Source: a virus (lineage: Duplodnaviria > Caudoviricetes). From it: DNA of 64,000 bases. The stretch lies in the IMG/VR virus record IMGVR_UViG_3300042888_002988, positions 96,001 to 160,000 of that record. One strand, written 5' to 3'. Numbering within the stretch: position 1 is the stretch's first letter; the number at the start of each line of letters is the position of its first letter. The notes beneath the pieces were generated by a model. That model searched no databases, had not been told where the DNA came from, and was given only the letters and a program-made list of their open reading frames with translations. The translations under genes were made by a program, and so were the position numbers. Shown here piece by piece: positions 1 to 9,816 of the stretch.

Positions 1-1
1 C

Positions 2-1450
2 AGCGGCGCGCGTGGTAATGCTGCCCATGTCAAAGCCATCCTCTCCACCCCAGGAGTCTTCCAAGACTCAAAAGGACGAACGATTCCTCTCTTTGTTCGG
101 AATTCCTTTGGTGCCGGTGTGCGACCCGCCGAGACACTTGCTGGCACGTATGGAGCTCGAACCGCGGTTGTCAGCACCAAAAAGGCGACTGCCAAAGGTG
201 GGGATCTACTGAAGATCATGACGCAGTCCACCCTGAACTACAACGTCACCGGAAAGGACTGTTCTACGACCAACGGGTTGTCCATGGATCCAACGGAAGG
301 TCAGATCACCGGTCGTGTGCTCGCCCGTGCCGTCGATGACATGCCAGCCGGCACCGTCATCGACCGCCAGACCCTGTCGCGCCTGCGCCGCCTCGGCAAA
401 CCGGTGCTGGTGCGCAGCCCGATGACCTGCCGCGCCAAGCACGGACTATGCGCTCACTGCGTCGGCGTTCAGGCGGACGGTCACTTCCCGAACATCGGCG
501 ACTCGGTGGGCGTGACGGCCGCAGCGGCCATCGGCGAGCCCATCGTGCAGGGCGCGCTCAACGTGAAGCACAACGCCGGTATGGCGAAGGGTAAAAAATC
601 GTTCTCCGGCCTCAACTACATCACGCAGTTCCTCTCGATCCCAGAGGAGTTCAAGGACCGCGCCACCGTGGCCGAAGTCGACGGCACCGTGGACAAGATC
701 GAGGAGGCACCCCAGGGCGGCACCTACATCACGGTCAACGGCGAGCGCCACTTCGCACTACCCGGGTTCCAGCCGCTGGTGAAAGTGGGGCAGAGCGTTG
801 AATCCGGCGACGCCCTTTCCGACGGGCTGATCAACCCCGCCGACATCGTGAGGCTGCGTGGGCTCGGCGAGGGCCGGCGTTATTATGCCGACCGCCTGTC
901 CCAGATGCTGGCCGACTCCGGTCAGAAGCCGGACGCCCGCAACGTGGAAATCCTCACCCGTGCCGCGCTGGACAACTACCTGATCGAGGATCCCGACGAG
1001 GATTCTCCCTGGCTGCCCGACGACATGGTGCGCGAGAGCGAGTTCCTCGATCGCTACAAGCCGCCTGCCGATACCACGGACATGCCGGTGCGCAAGGCGG
1101 CCGGCAAATACCTGCAGGCGCCTGCGCTTCACTACACCGTGGGCACCCGGCTGACACCCAGTATGGCAATCAAGCTCGACGAAGCCGGGGTCACCAACGT
1201 GCCGGTGTCGTCGCAGATCCCATGGTTCCGTCCGGAGATGCAACGCCTGCGGGTGGCCGCTCACGGATCGGACGACTGGATGGCCTCGCTGGGCACCTCG
1301 TATCTATCGTCTCAGATGCGCAGCTCACTGGAGCGCGGCGACGAGACCAACATCGCCGAGAACTACCACTACGGTCCGCGCCTGGCATTCGGAGCTGACG
1401 CAGGCGCTGGAGGGTTCGGGGAGAACATCTCCCGCACTGGGAAATTCTAG
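2..1450 (+). CDS. rpoC: DNA-directed RNA polymerase beta-prime subunit, C-terminal part (phage-encoded; 5'-truncated by window edge)
   Basis: The frame is open from base 2 (SGARGNAAHVK...). It shows a bridge-helix-like TYGARTAVVSTKKATAKGG, Zn ligands CRAKHGLCAHCVG, trigger-loop GDSVGVTAAAAIGEPIVQGALNVKH and a sandwich-barrel hybrid motif LVKVGQSVESGDALSDG, all collinear with bacterial RpoC. Confidence 0.93.
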   Translation, partial: SGARGNAAHVKAILSTPGVFQDSKGRTIPLFVRNSFGAGVRPAETLAGTYGARTAVVSTKKATAKGGDLLKIMTQSTLNYNVTGKDCSTTNGLSMDPTEGQITGRVLARAVDDMPAGTVIDRQTLSRLRRLGKPVLVRSPMTCRAKHGLCAHCVGVQADGHFPNIGDSVGVTAAAAIGEPIVQGALNVKHNAGMAKGKKSFSGLNYITQFLSIPEEFKDRATVAEVDGTVDKIEEAPQGGTYITVNGERHFALPGFQPLVKVGQSVESGDALSDGLINPADIVRLRGLGEGRRYYADRLSQMLADSGQKPDARNVEILTRAALDNYLIEDPDEDSPWLPDDMVRESEFLDRYKPPADTTDMPVRKAAGKYLQAPALHYTVGTRLTPSMAIKLDEAGVTNVPVSSQIPWFRPEMQRLRVAAHGSDDWMASLGTSYLSSQMRSSLERGDETNIAENYHYGPRLAFGADAGAGGFGENISRTGKF

Positions 1451-1465
1451 CGTTTATTTTGACGA

Positions 1466-1494
1466 TTGCCTCTTCATCAACTTTCACTTACAAT
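1466..1494 (+). promoter_or_regulatory. sigma70-like promoter TTGCCT-17-TACAAT
   Basis: Near-consensus boxes with 17-nt spacer in an AT-rich intergenic gap; ATG at 1502 lies 7 nt after the -10 box. Confidence 0.7.
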
Positions 1495-1501
1495 ACAAGC
1501 C

Positions 1502-3265
1502 ATGACCACGCCATTTGCCGCGCTCGCCGTAATGACGAAATCCGCTCACGCGTATTCAGTCGAACCTTCTCGCAACACTTCACCGGTGCTGCACCCGTTC
1601 GCTCAGCTGGATCCGTTCCTCAAGGAGGCGGGGTTCTTCGGCGACGTCACGGACGGTATTTGGAACAACACCATGAAGCCGCTTGGTAACGCCGTTGGGC
1701 AGATGGGTCAAGGCGTGGGACAGGTATTTGGAGGTATGTCGGAGGGTATCGGTAACACGCTGAAAGCTGCGCCTCGCGCGATTGGCGGAGCCCTTCAGGG
1801 CGGTATGAACGCATTCAAACAGCAGCTCACACAGCCGGGCGCCGTGAGCCTGGGATCGATCGGTCAGGGTATGATGGACGGCGGCTGGAATGCCGGCAAG
1901 CAGAGCCTTGGCTGGGCGGCTGACGGCGCGATGAAGAATATGCAGGGATTCGGTAACATCGCCGGCGGCGCAGCCAAGACAGCCTGGGGCGCGAATCCCC
2001 TGGTCATGGGCGGACGCGCAGCCTACGGCGCAGGTCAAGGCGTCATGAACGGCGTCCAGAACTTCGCGAACGATCTCAAAAGCCGTATGATGCCTCAAGG
2101 CGGCACCGCTCCAGGTGGTATACCATCTGGAATGCAGATGATTCCGCCAGGACAAACGGGTTCGATCATGCACGGCCCACCGGCACCTGGGACTCCCGCG
2201 AATCCTACTCCCGCGAATCCTACTCCTGCGCCGGGCACTGTCGCGCCCGGACAAAACAACCTGCAGAACAACATGCAGCCCGCGTCCGGTTTCGGTGGTA
2301 ACATCATGATGGGCGGCGGCGACAGCAATTCCGCCATGGGCGCAGGCTATGGTGGCGGCTTCAACCCCGGCGCGCCTCCCAACATGAGCGCCTCGGCCCC
2401 GCGTCCGGCCAATGGCTCGCCGAGCCCTGTCGGCAACGCGCCATCCTATCAGGGCCCGACTGCGGCCGACTACCAGCGGACGATGGGCAGCTACAATCCG
2501 AACTCACCATTCGACCAACGCAAGGCGCAGGCGATCGACGCAGCGTGGCAGCAGAACGGCGGGAGAATGTCCCCCAACCAGATGTATCAAGCTCCCGGCT
2601 ACATGGGCATCAGCAAGTCTGGCTCGCTGACTCCGTTTGCGATTTACGAACTCGACCCCGCGGCGAGCATGGAGAAAGCCGCCATGGCCGGCGGCATTGC
2701 CGGGTGGTTGCGGGGCGCTTTGCAACGCGGTGCCCAGGGTCTCAACCGTGGATCGCGGATGGCCAAAGCGACAGCCGGCCGCACGGCCAAGACTGAAGCA
2801 AACGCAGCGCAGAAGGTGCAAGCCGGTGCTACCTCGGTTGCTGGGGATCTCCCGAAGCTGCCTACCGGCCGCGAAGCTTTCCAGACGGCTTACGCCGGTG
2901 CCGGTAACGGCCGCCAAGGCCTCGCCGATTTCATGGGCAACGCCGGACTGCGCATCGACGCCTCCCCTGGCCTGCAGAAAGCCATCAACTACGGCGCACC
3001 CGCTGCGGCGGCCGGTGGCATCTTCTACGGCGGCAACCGGATGGGTCACAGCTCCGGCCTGGACGAGGGTCTCGACAAGGGCTTCGACACCGGAGCTGAC
3101 TATGGCATTCAGGCCGCGCTCGCCAACGCACCCAAAGACCCCGGCTTCTTCGGGCGCATCGCTGACGTGTTCACCGGCCAGCAGCAAGGTCCACAGGCCT
3201 ACGACATACAATCACTTCTGGACTCCAACAAGGCGCAGATCCTCAAACAACTCCGCGGCGCTTAA
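1502..3265 (+). CDS. Gly/Ala/Gln-rich putative internal head (ejection) polyprotein with PFAxL leaders
   Basis: 587-aa ORF. It has MTTPFAAL...TKSA, HPFAQLDPFLKEA and an internal TPFAIYELDPAASMEKAA, low-complexity segments and a hydrophobic AAAAGGIFYGG stretch. Confidence 0.6.
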   Translation: MTTPFAALAVMTKSAHAYSVEPSRNTSPVLHPFAQLDPFLKEAGFFGDVTDGIWNNTMKPLGNAVGQMGQGVGQVFGGMSEGIGNTLKAAPRAIGGALQGGMNAFKQQLTQPGAVSLGSIGQGMMDGGWNAGKQSLGWAADGAMKNMQGFGNIAGGAAKTAWGANPLVMGGRAAYGAGQGVMNGVQNFANDLKSRMMPQGGTAPGGIPSGMQMIPPGQTGSIMHGPPAPGTPANPTPANPTPAPGTVAPGQNNLQNNMQPASGFGGNIMMGGGDSNSAMGAGYGGGFNPGAPPNMSASAPRPANGSPSPVGNAPSYQGPTAADYQRTMGSYNPNSPFDQRKAQAIDAAWQQNGGRMSPNQMYQAPGYMGISKSGSLTPFAIYELDPAASMEKAAMAGGIAGWLRGALQRGAQGLNRGSRMAKATAGRTAKTEANAAQKVQAGATSVAGDLPKLPTGREAFQTAYAGAGNGRQGLADFMGNAGLRIDASPGLQKAINYGAPAAAAGGIFYGGNRMGHSSGLDEGLDKGFDTGADYGIQAALANAPKDPGFFGRIADVFTGQQQGPQAYDIQSLLDSNKAQILKQLRGA

Positions 3266-3277
3266 TCTGAAGATCGC

Positions 3278-4342
3278 ATGACTCCATTCGCCCAACTCGA
3301 ACATGGGGCGGGCCTATCCAAAGCCGCGTCACCCGGAACTATGCTGCGCGGCCTGCATAATCTGGTGCGCGGCGGTATCTGGAAGCACGTCGCCGAGAAG
3401 ACCGCGCCGTCCGGCCTGATGGGGCGCACGGCGCGCATGTTCCACAATCCAGTTACGGATAAGTCGACCCTGTTCAGCAACGCGCTGATGGGTTACGGCC
3501 TGACCGGTATGGGGGCACAGTTGGCCGGTTACGACATGCCTGGATCCAACCTCGCGCTCAACCTGGCTACCCCGGTGCTGGGTGCGTTATTCACCGCCCC
3601 GAGTCTCATCACTTCGATGAGGGCCGGAACCGACGCCAACAAGGCGCGGATGAAGGAGGACCTGATGTCTGGGGCACGTGGCGCTGGTAGTGATATGATC
3701 TCCCTGGGACAGATGGATCATCGCTTCCTGACTCAGCCTGGCCTGGCCCAGCAATACCTCCAGCAGAACGACCCTGACACCGCCAAGCTGGTGAACCAAT
3801 ACAGCACCGGGCAACACAAGCCGATGACCGGCCTGAAGCGGATGCAGTCCATGTTCGAGAATCCCCAGGATCTTATCAACAACCAAGTCGATCAGCACAT
3901 GCACAGTTTGATGCCTCAGTCGTCGCCGTTCGGTATGCACAAGGCCGGCGGTTTCGGGTCGGCGCTTAGGGCGGGATTCTCCCACGGGTTCCCGTGGTTG
4001 TTCCCAGCGCTGGGTGTGGGCATGCTAGGGCACTCCGTAATGAGCGACAAGCCATACGACGAGACCGCCATTCGCGCGCGCGGCTACGCTGGCGGGCAGG
4101 CCAAGATCCAGCAGGAGCTGGGCAACCTCAGCGGGATGGAACGCTTTGCGCTGCAGATGGATCCTTCGATGTTCGCCAACCGCCTAGAGGCTAAGCTGCC
4201 CGGCACCATTCAGAATTGGGAGCAGCAAACGGGACAGAAGCACCAGCCTGGTCTCATCAGCAATCTCGCGAGCGGTTGGAAGAAGGGTGGCGACACCGAA
4301 TACTACAGCTACGACGCCAAGGGCGGGCGAAAATACCTCTAA
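3278..4342 (+). CDS. Putative internal head protein with PFAxL leader and hydrophobic segments
   Basis: MTPFAQLEHGAGLSKAAS N-terminus; internal SPFGMHKAG; TM-like FPWLFPALGVGMLG. Confidence 0.6.
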   Translation: MTPFAQLEHGAGLSKAASPGTMLRGLHNLVRGGIWKHVAEKTAPSGLMGRTARMFHNPVTDKSTLFSNALMGYGLTGMGAQLAGYDMPGSNLALNLATPVLGALFTAPSLITSMRAGTDANKARMKEDLMSGARGAGSDMISLGQMDHRFLTQPGLAQQYLQQNDPDTAKLVNQYSTGQHKPMTGLKRMQSMFENPQDLINNQVDQHMHSLMPQSSPFGMHKAGGFGSALRAGFSHGFPWLFPALGVGMLGHSVMSDKPYDETAIRARGYAGGQAKIQQELGNLSGMERFALQMDPSMFANRLEAKLPGTIQNWEQQTGQKHQPGLISNLASGWKKGGDTEYYSYDAKGGRKYL

Positions 4343-4349
4343 CATCACC

Positions 4350-5213
4350 ATGCACACACCATCACCATTCGCCTGCCTGGGGGACACCCCCATGGAGAAA
4401 AAAGCCTTCGGTTCGTTGTTGCGTGGGGCCACTAACATGGTCTCGCGCCACGCTGACGACGCCGGTAAAATGCTCGCCAATAAGCAGCTGGCCAGCACCC
4501 TGATGCCGAAGGGACAGGCGTTTGACGATGCGATTATGGCATCCCTCGGTCCTCAAGGTGTTCGGAACGCGCAGCCTGTAGCGAAGGTGCGCAGCGCTCT
4601 GGATGCGGCCAACATGCGCTATCCTGCCCTATCAAGCGGTAGCACCGGGGAGTTATTAAATGGCGCGCTGGCTCAGTATCGACGCGGCGGACAGCTGGCG
4701 CCGTATCGCCTATCGCGTTTTTCCGGTCCATACGCTCACCCACGTGGAGGCTTGGATCGCGCGAACGCCGCCGCATTCCAGCGCGCGCAGCGGGAATTAG
4801 CGCGTAAAGGCCCAACTCCTTCGTCGATGGAGGAGCTACAAAAACTTTTACAGGGCAATTCCCGCGCGGCGGGTGCGCAGATGCGCTCACAATTACCGCT
4901 CGCGAATGATGGCTTGAATCTACAGATGAAACGTGATTATCTGGCACGCTTAGCGCCTAACTCACCGGCGCGCCCACGCGCGCTTCAGGCGGCTCCTGAT
5001 AATGTGCCTATAACATATTCGAATGGTGCCGCCAAACCGGCCGCACCATCAGCCGCTCCGGCCGTCGCCACTCCTCCAGCCATGCCAGCAGCAGCGGCAC
5101 CGACCGCTGCAGCCCCTCCGCCGATGCCGGTCAATAACCCGTCTGGTATGGGTATGGCGGGCAGCGTTTTAGGCGGCTTAGGAGCTGGCTATCTCGGCGC
5201 TGAGTATCTCTAA
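4350..5213 (+). CDS. Putative internal head protein with PFAxL leader
   Basis: Starts MHTPSPFACLGDTPMEKKAF; Ala/Pro linker; C-terminal Gly-rich hydrophobic tail GMAGSVLGGLGAGYLGAEYL. Confidence 0.6.
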   Translation: MHTPSPFACLGDTPMEKKAFGSLLRGATNMVSRHADDAGKMLANKQLASTLMPKGQAFDDAIMASLGPQGVRNAQPVAKVRSALDAANMRYPALSSGSTGELLNGALAQYRRGGQLAPYRLSRFSGPYAHPRGGLDRANAAAFQRAQRELARKGPTPSSMEELQKLLQGNSRAAGAQMRSQLPLANDGLNLQMKRDYLARLAPNSPARPRALQAAPDNVPITYSNGAAKPAAPSAAPAVATPPAMPAAAAPTAAAPPPMPVNNPSGMGMAGSVLGGLGAGYLGAEYL

Positions 5214-5227
5214 CTAGACATCAAACA

Positions 5228-6532
5228 ATGCGCACACCACCGTCACCATTCGCTTGCCTCGGGCACACTGATATCGAAAAGCAAGCATTCGCGAAGCTAC
5301 TGAAAGGCCTCTCACAGCTCGTCGCCAAAGGTGGTCGAGGCACTGGTCGGGCATTGAAGGCGGCCCCCACCGGAGCCAAGAGTCCGCAGGAACTTGGGTT
5401 CCTCAAGGGTGAGCGCACGCACCCGTATCCTACCATGAGCGAGATGCCACCGCAGCGCTCACTGCCGTCGCAGCAAGGTAACGCCGTTCCGCTCGGTGGC
5501 GTCAACGGGCCGACGCCGAAATACGACCCCACGCGTCCTAAGATGACGGTGGAGGGTCAAGGTGGTGGTAACTATGTTGTCCTCGGTGGTGGCGGCCCTT
5601 CCAAAGGTTCGCCCACCCGTTACGGCCCTTTCGGTCCGACCGACATACGTTCCAAGTTGCACGCGGCCTCCACCGGCAAGAGTCCGCAGGAAATCGGTTT
5701 CCTCAAAGGCGAGCGCACGCATCCGTATCCGACCATGGCAGAAATGCCGCCGCAGCGTTCGATCGGCAAATCCGCCGCTGATCTCAAGGAAACCGCCAAG
5801 GAAACGCTGGGGGCTACTGCAGCCGCACCGCTCGGTATGTATGCCGGGGCGTTGGCTGCGCCACAGGCTGTTGGGCGGCTGCCTGCTTTCAAAAAGCTAC
5901 CACCACATTCGGCGCTGGGTGCTATTTTATTGAGCTTGATGTATGGGGGAGCGGCTGGCGGCGGTGTGGCGGCCAATGCCGGAGCCGAATTGCTTGGTTC
6001 CGAAAAGGGCGGCGTAGGCGCTAACGTCGGGGGCACGCTCGGCGGTGCTGCCGGTGGGGCTGCCGGCCTCCACGCGGGGGTTGCTATGCAGGATCTGCCC
6101 AAGTTGAAAAATCATTCCGGCAAGGCCATGCTGCTGGCAACACTTCTTGGTGGTGTCGGCGGTGCCATGGGCGGGCGCGAACTTGGTAAGATGGCAGCAG
6201 AGGAAGAAGCACCCAAGGAGCCCAAGGAAGCACCCAAACCGAAAGAAGGGGAAGTCGATGTCCGTCGTCAACGCGACGAGAAAGCGCTGCGCAACAGGCA
6301 CATCGCACTCTCGCTGAAGCGCGGCATGTCGGGCGGCATGCTCGGCGCAATCCTGGGCGGTCTCGGCGCGGCCGGGAACGAAGGTGGTATGACCGGCGGC
6401 CAAGGCGCGCTCGCGGGAGGTGCCGGCGGCGCGTTAGCTGGCGCGGGACTCGGTGCCGCTGAAGGTGGCGTGAAGAGACTGCTGGGGCTCGACCCGATCC
6501 TAGACACCACGCTGATCGCGCAGCGTGCGTGA
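5228..6532 (+). CDS. Putative internal head protein with PFAxL leader and glycine-zipper helices
   Basis: Starts MRTPPSPFACLGHTDIEKQAF; duplicated KSPQE(L/I)GFLKGERTHPYPTM segment; several GxxxG hydrophobic runs. Confidence 0.6.
   Translation: MRTPPSPFACLGHTDIEKQAFAKLLKGLSQLVAKGGRGTGRALKAAPTGAKSPQELGFLKGERTHPYPTMSEMPPQRSLPSQQGNAVPLGGVNGPTPKYDPTRPKMTVEGQGGGNYVVLGGGGPSKGSPTRYGPFGPTDIRSKLHAASTGKSPQEIGFLKGERTHPYPTMAEMPPQRSIGKSAADLKETAKETLGATAAAPLGMYAGALAAPQAVGRLPAFKKLPPHSALGAILLSLMYGGAAGGGVAANAGAELLGSEKGGVGANVGGTLGGAAGGAAGLHAGVAMQDLPKLKNHSGKAMLLATLLGGVGGAMGGRELGKMAAEEEAPKEPKEAPKPKEGEVDVRRQRDEKALRNRHIALSLKRGMSGGMLGAILGGLGAAGNEGGMTGGQGALAGGAGGALAGAGLGAAEGGVKRLLGLDPILDTTLIAQRA
5377..5762 (+). repeat. 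Two ~85-nt direct repeats, 300 nt apart, inside the 5228 gene
   Basis: caagagtccgcaggaa...ccgcagcg(c/t)tc occurs at 5377 and 5677. Confidence 0.9.
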
Positions 6533-6540
6533 ATGAAGGA

Positions 6541-6569
6541 TTTACTCAGAAACAAAATCAGTTTACCAT
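6541..6569 (+). promoter_or_regulatory. sigma70-like promoter TTTACT-17-TACCAT
   Basis: AT-rich intergenic gap; ATG at 6579 lies 9 nt after the -10 box. Confidence 0.5.
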
Positions 6570-6578
6570 ACAAGCATC

Positions 6579-8816
6579 ATGAGCGTGGAAATCATCGACC
6601 CTAACTACCAGTGGAAGCAGGCCGCATCGCAAGAGGGCGTTGATTACGGCGCCGTGCAGAAGTCCTTCATGGACCAGAGCTACGCTGTCGTGGCCAACAA
6701 GGCCAAGATCCTGTTTCAAGATCCGTTCCGCCTCGGCTTCGAGATCGTTCACCGCAACGAGAAGGCCACGAAGATGGTCGGTATCTACGCCTTCCGTGTG
6801 AACGGCCAACTGCTGTATGCCCCGGTGTTCTTCGTCAACGGCGAGATCAAGGCCGCTGACATGCTCTACCGCGCGGACGTCAAACGCTTCGTGCCGCTCA
6901 CGGAAGACTGGTGCGCCTACTTGGTGCGCGGTGTCCACGAGAATGCCGGCGAGCCAATCGACCGCAACCGCTTCCGCCAGGCCGACGCCTACATGGACCG
7001 CCTCGCTTACCCGCAGCGCGTCAAGTATGCGAGCGAGGACGAAGAGAGAACCGCGATGCTCGCCGAGTTCCGCAAGGCTGCCGCCGACGGCAGCCTGTGG
7101 GCGGACATCATGCTGCACTGCGCAGACAACACTCCACTCCGCAAACTTCTGCCGCTGGTCATCAACGAGCACGGCCCCGAGGCGCTCGAGAAGGTCGCAG
7201 CGTTCGTCGAGAACAGCCCAACCGCAGCACGTTACCTCGCCACCCGCTATACCCGGGAGGAGCTGCAGACCGTGGACGGTTGGATGGCCAAGGAAGCTTC
7301 CGGCCCGCGCCCCGCCATTCAGATCATCACTTCGCCCACGCTGGCCAAGTCGGCCGCGTCACGTGAGCGCGTCTTCGACAAGGGCTATGACCTCGTGGAC
7401 AGCCGCCCTGCGGAATCCATCAACACGGTCATCGAGGAAGTCGGTGACGGCACCATCAAGGGGCTCTCCGCTCCGGGCAAGGTGCAAGTGCTCATGGGCG
7501 ACGGAGAGATGGTGGAAGCGTTGCTGCTTCGCCAGGATTCATCCTTGCTGCGCGAGAATGGGTATCCTACTGCGGATCCGGACATCCTCTGCAAGCCTGA
7601 ATACGTCTACTTCCCGAAGGACAAGCAGCTGCTCAAGCTCAACTACGACCAGGACATTTTCGGCGACGAAATGATCGACCAGGACACCAGCGCGAAGGCC
7701 GTCACCGCGGAGTCGCTTGCCAGCGGTAAGTGCTACGTCGCGCTCAACACGGAGCGTCTGACGATCTCCGATCCGTTCCGCGTCGACAAGTCCGAGGACG
7801 ATGGCGAATGTTCGGTCATCTCGATCACCACGCGCTACGGCGATACTGAGCAGCTCCTCTATGCGCCAGGTCGCGGCGAAACGGCCGGGAACTACATCAG
7901 CGACGAGACCTTCTTCCTAGAGGTCGAGTGCGATGTCGAAAACGGGGATAGCGGCGAAATCCGTAGCGTCAAGCCGACCTGCAACAAGGTCCTTATGACG
8001 TCCCGCACTATCGACCAATGGTTCCGCACCGCCGGTGGCTTGACTACGGCCCACGACGTGACCGTGAAGTCGAATGGCGTTTCGTTCGATGTCGAGCACC
8101 GCGAAAACGGAACGCTTCTCAAGGCTGCCCGCAATCTCGGCTGGCTCGAAACGCACTTGGCCCTCGCCGAGGACTTCTCTATCAGCACCGACAAAGCCGG
8201 CGAGATCCTCGACAAGGCCATCGATCGCGACGTGTCCTATCGCATCTACGACACCCTCAGTAAGAAGGCCTACATCACCCGGCCTGAGGGTATGCAGCAG
8301 TGGATCCAATCCTACGACCCCGAGCTGCAGGTGCAGATGGACGCGCCGCAGATTCAGACGCTGTCGACCCACACTCCTGAGCGTCCGCGCCAACAGCAGC
8401 GCTACGGCGATGTCTACAAGGGACCTCGTTCCGAGAACCGCAAGACTGCCGACGCGCTGATCCCGATGGACGCCATCATGAACCAGTCTCCAGAGGAGCT
8501 GGCGCAGATGTCCGACGCCTACGACCTGCCGCACATCTTCGACCACGGATGCGTGGGTCAGATGTCGACGAACAACTACAGCATCATCGAGCAGATCAAG
8601 CAGTATATCCCGGACCTCGAAGCAGGTGTTGACCGCCTCTTCCGAATCCTGTTCCTTCTGCGCTACCGCCCGGCGGACTTCGAAGAACTCTACGGCAAGG
8701 ATGACCTCGTGGCATTCGAGCAGGAGCTGGCCGATCTCGCCACCAGATCCGGAGACAACCTGCTGCGCATGCTGCAGCGTTTCGATCCGGATCAGTATGC
8801 GGCCCAGGAGAACTGA
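6579..8816 (+). CDS. Large head-associated protein of unknown function (multiple K-x-A motifs)
   Basis: 745-aa ORF with strong codon bias; motifs WKQAAS, VKYAS, RKAAA, AKEAS, AKSAAS; globular N-domain LYAPVFFVNGEIKAADMLY. Confidence 0.55.
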   Translation: MSVEIIDPNYQWKQAASQEGVDYGAVQKSFMDQSYAVVANKAKILFQDPFRLGFEIVHRNEKATKMVGIYAFRVNGQLLYAPVFFVNGEIKAADMLYRADVKRFVPLTEDWCAYLVRGVHENAGEPIDRNRFRQADAYMDRLAYPQRVKYASEDEERTAMLAEFRKAAADGSLWADIMLHCADNTPLRKLLPLVINEHGPEALEKVAAFVENSPTAARYLATRYTREELQTVDGWMAKEASGPRPAIQIITSPTLAKSAASRERVFDKGYDLVDSRPAESINTVIEEVGDGTIKGLSAPGKVQVLMGDGEMVEALLLRQDSSLLRENGYPTADPDILCKPEYVYFPKDKQLLKLNYDQDIFGDEMIDQDTSAKAVTAESLASGKCYVALNTERLTISDPFRVDKSEDDGECSVISITTRYGDTEQLLYAPGRGETAGNYISDETFFLEVECDVENGDSGEIRSVKPTCNKVLMTSRTIDQWFRTAGGLTTAHDVTVKSNGVSFDVEHRENGTLLKAARNLGWLETHLALAEDFSISTDKAGEILDKAIDRDVSYRIYDTLSKKAYITRPEGMQQWIQSYDPELQVQMDAPQIQTLSTHTPERPRQQQRYGDVYKGPRSENRKTADALIPMDAIMNQSPEELAQMSDAYDLPHIFDHGCVGQMSTNNYSIIEQIKQYIPDLEAGVDRLFRILFLLRYRPADFEELYGKDDLVAFEQELADLATRSGDNLLRMLQRFDPDQYAAQEN

Positions 8817-8819
8817 CCC

Positions 8820-9761
8820 ATGAATGCCTATACGATCGACCTGCTTGCAGCGGTGGACCCAGCGTCCACCTTACCCTCGGTGCGCGCCGGCCTGATGCAG
8901 CAACAGAAGCGATTCTCGCCGCTGCACGACGCTATGCGGGACCGCTTCCTGGCGAAGTATATCCAGACCAATTTTGGCTGGTATATTGCGCGCCAGTATG
9001 CCAACCGCCAGCTGCCGTTCCCGGCCTTCCTGAGCGGGCGTGACTCCTGGGTGCACAAGGCCTACATGCTTTGCCTTGATCCGTGGGCGAACTACGACGA
9101 GCACGTCGTGGTCGCCTATCACCTGGCTCAGTTCGTGAACGGCACGCCGAACCTGAGGCAGCACCTCAAAGCTCTGCTGCTGTCATTCAGTCCGGGCTGC
9201 ACGGCGGAGTCGCACCTGCAGGAAGTCTCTCGCAACACCGGTGTGCCGGTGGCCACGCTGGACGCTTTCGAGATCCTGTTCTTCAACGTCATCGACCGCC
9301 GCGCCGATGCGCTCTACCTGGCCCAGGAGGTCTACCCAAACACTCGCCTGGTGGAGTTCGACGAGAACTACCTAAAGAACTCGACCCACGAGGACCTCAT
9401 CAAACGCGTCGCCTACAACCACCGCGACATGAACCTGACTGCCTACCTGACCGGTCTGCACGATCATTCGTTCCTGCGCAAGCTGGCCGCCAGCGAGGAT
9501 CGCGAAGCCGAGCTGACCCGGTTCCTGATGGGTAACGGGTTGATCTTGGCTCACACCAATCTTCTCAACCAGCGCACCGTCGGCCTGAGCCGGGCGTCCA
9601 CGTTGCTGGCCGCAGCCCGTCAAAGCGGCAGCAATCAGGAAGAGCCTACGCTGACCGGTATCGTGCCCATGTATAACGATGCCTTCCAGCGCGCCCTGGC
9701 AGCCAACAAGGAGATGGTTTTGGAGCAGCTGAAGGTCGACAGCGGCTTCGTCGACGTTTGA
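8820..9761 (+). CDS. Hypothetical protein, possible HTH-like segment
   Basis: 313-aa ORF tightly packed in the operon; LQEVSRNTGVPVATLDAF resembles an HTH. Confidence 0.55.
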   Translation: MNAYTIDLLAAVDPASTLPSVRAGLMQQQKRFSPLHDAMRDRFLAKYIQTNFGWYIARQYANRQLPFPAFLSGRDSWVHKAYMLCLDPWANYDEHVVVAYHLAQFVNGTPNLRQHLKALLLSFSPGCTAESHLQEVSRNTGVPVATLDAFEILFFNVIDRRADALYLAQEVYPNTRLVEFDENYLKNSTHEDLIKRVAYNHRDMNLTAYLTGLHDHSFLRKLAASEDREAELTRFLMGNGLILAHTNLLNQRTVGLSRASTLLAAARQSGSNQEEPTLTGIVPMYNDAFQRALAANKEMVLEQLKVDSGFVDV

Positions 9762-9781
9762 TTCAACTTTTTCTTATGGGG

Positions 9782-9810
9782 TGGACAGAACCACCGAAAG
9801 TGAGTATTAT
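9782..9810 (+). promoter_or_regulatory. sigma70-like promoter TGGACA-17-TATTAT
   Basis: Near-consensus boxes; ATG at 9817 lies 6 nt after the -10 box. Confidence 0.65.
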
Positions 9811-9816
9811 CCCGCC

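Noticed and set aside
2193-2230. Short 15-nt tandem repeat encoding TPANP
   Set aside because: An ordinary low-complexity linker expansion with no further signal.
6579-8816. 745-aa protein as portal
   Set aside because: No portal-like features recognised, and its many K-x-A motifs suggest a processed head protein. No portal could be identified in this window.
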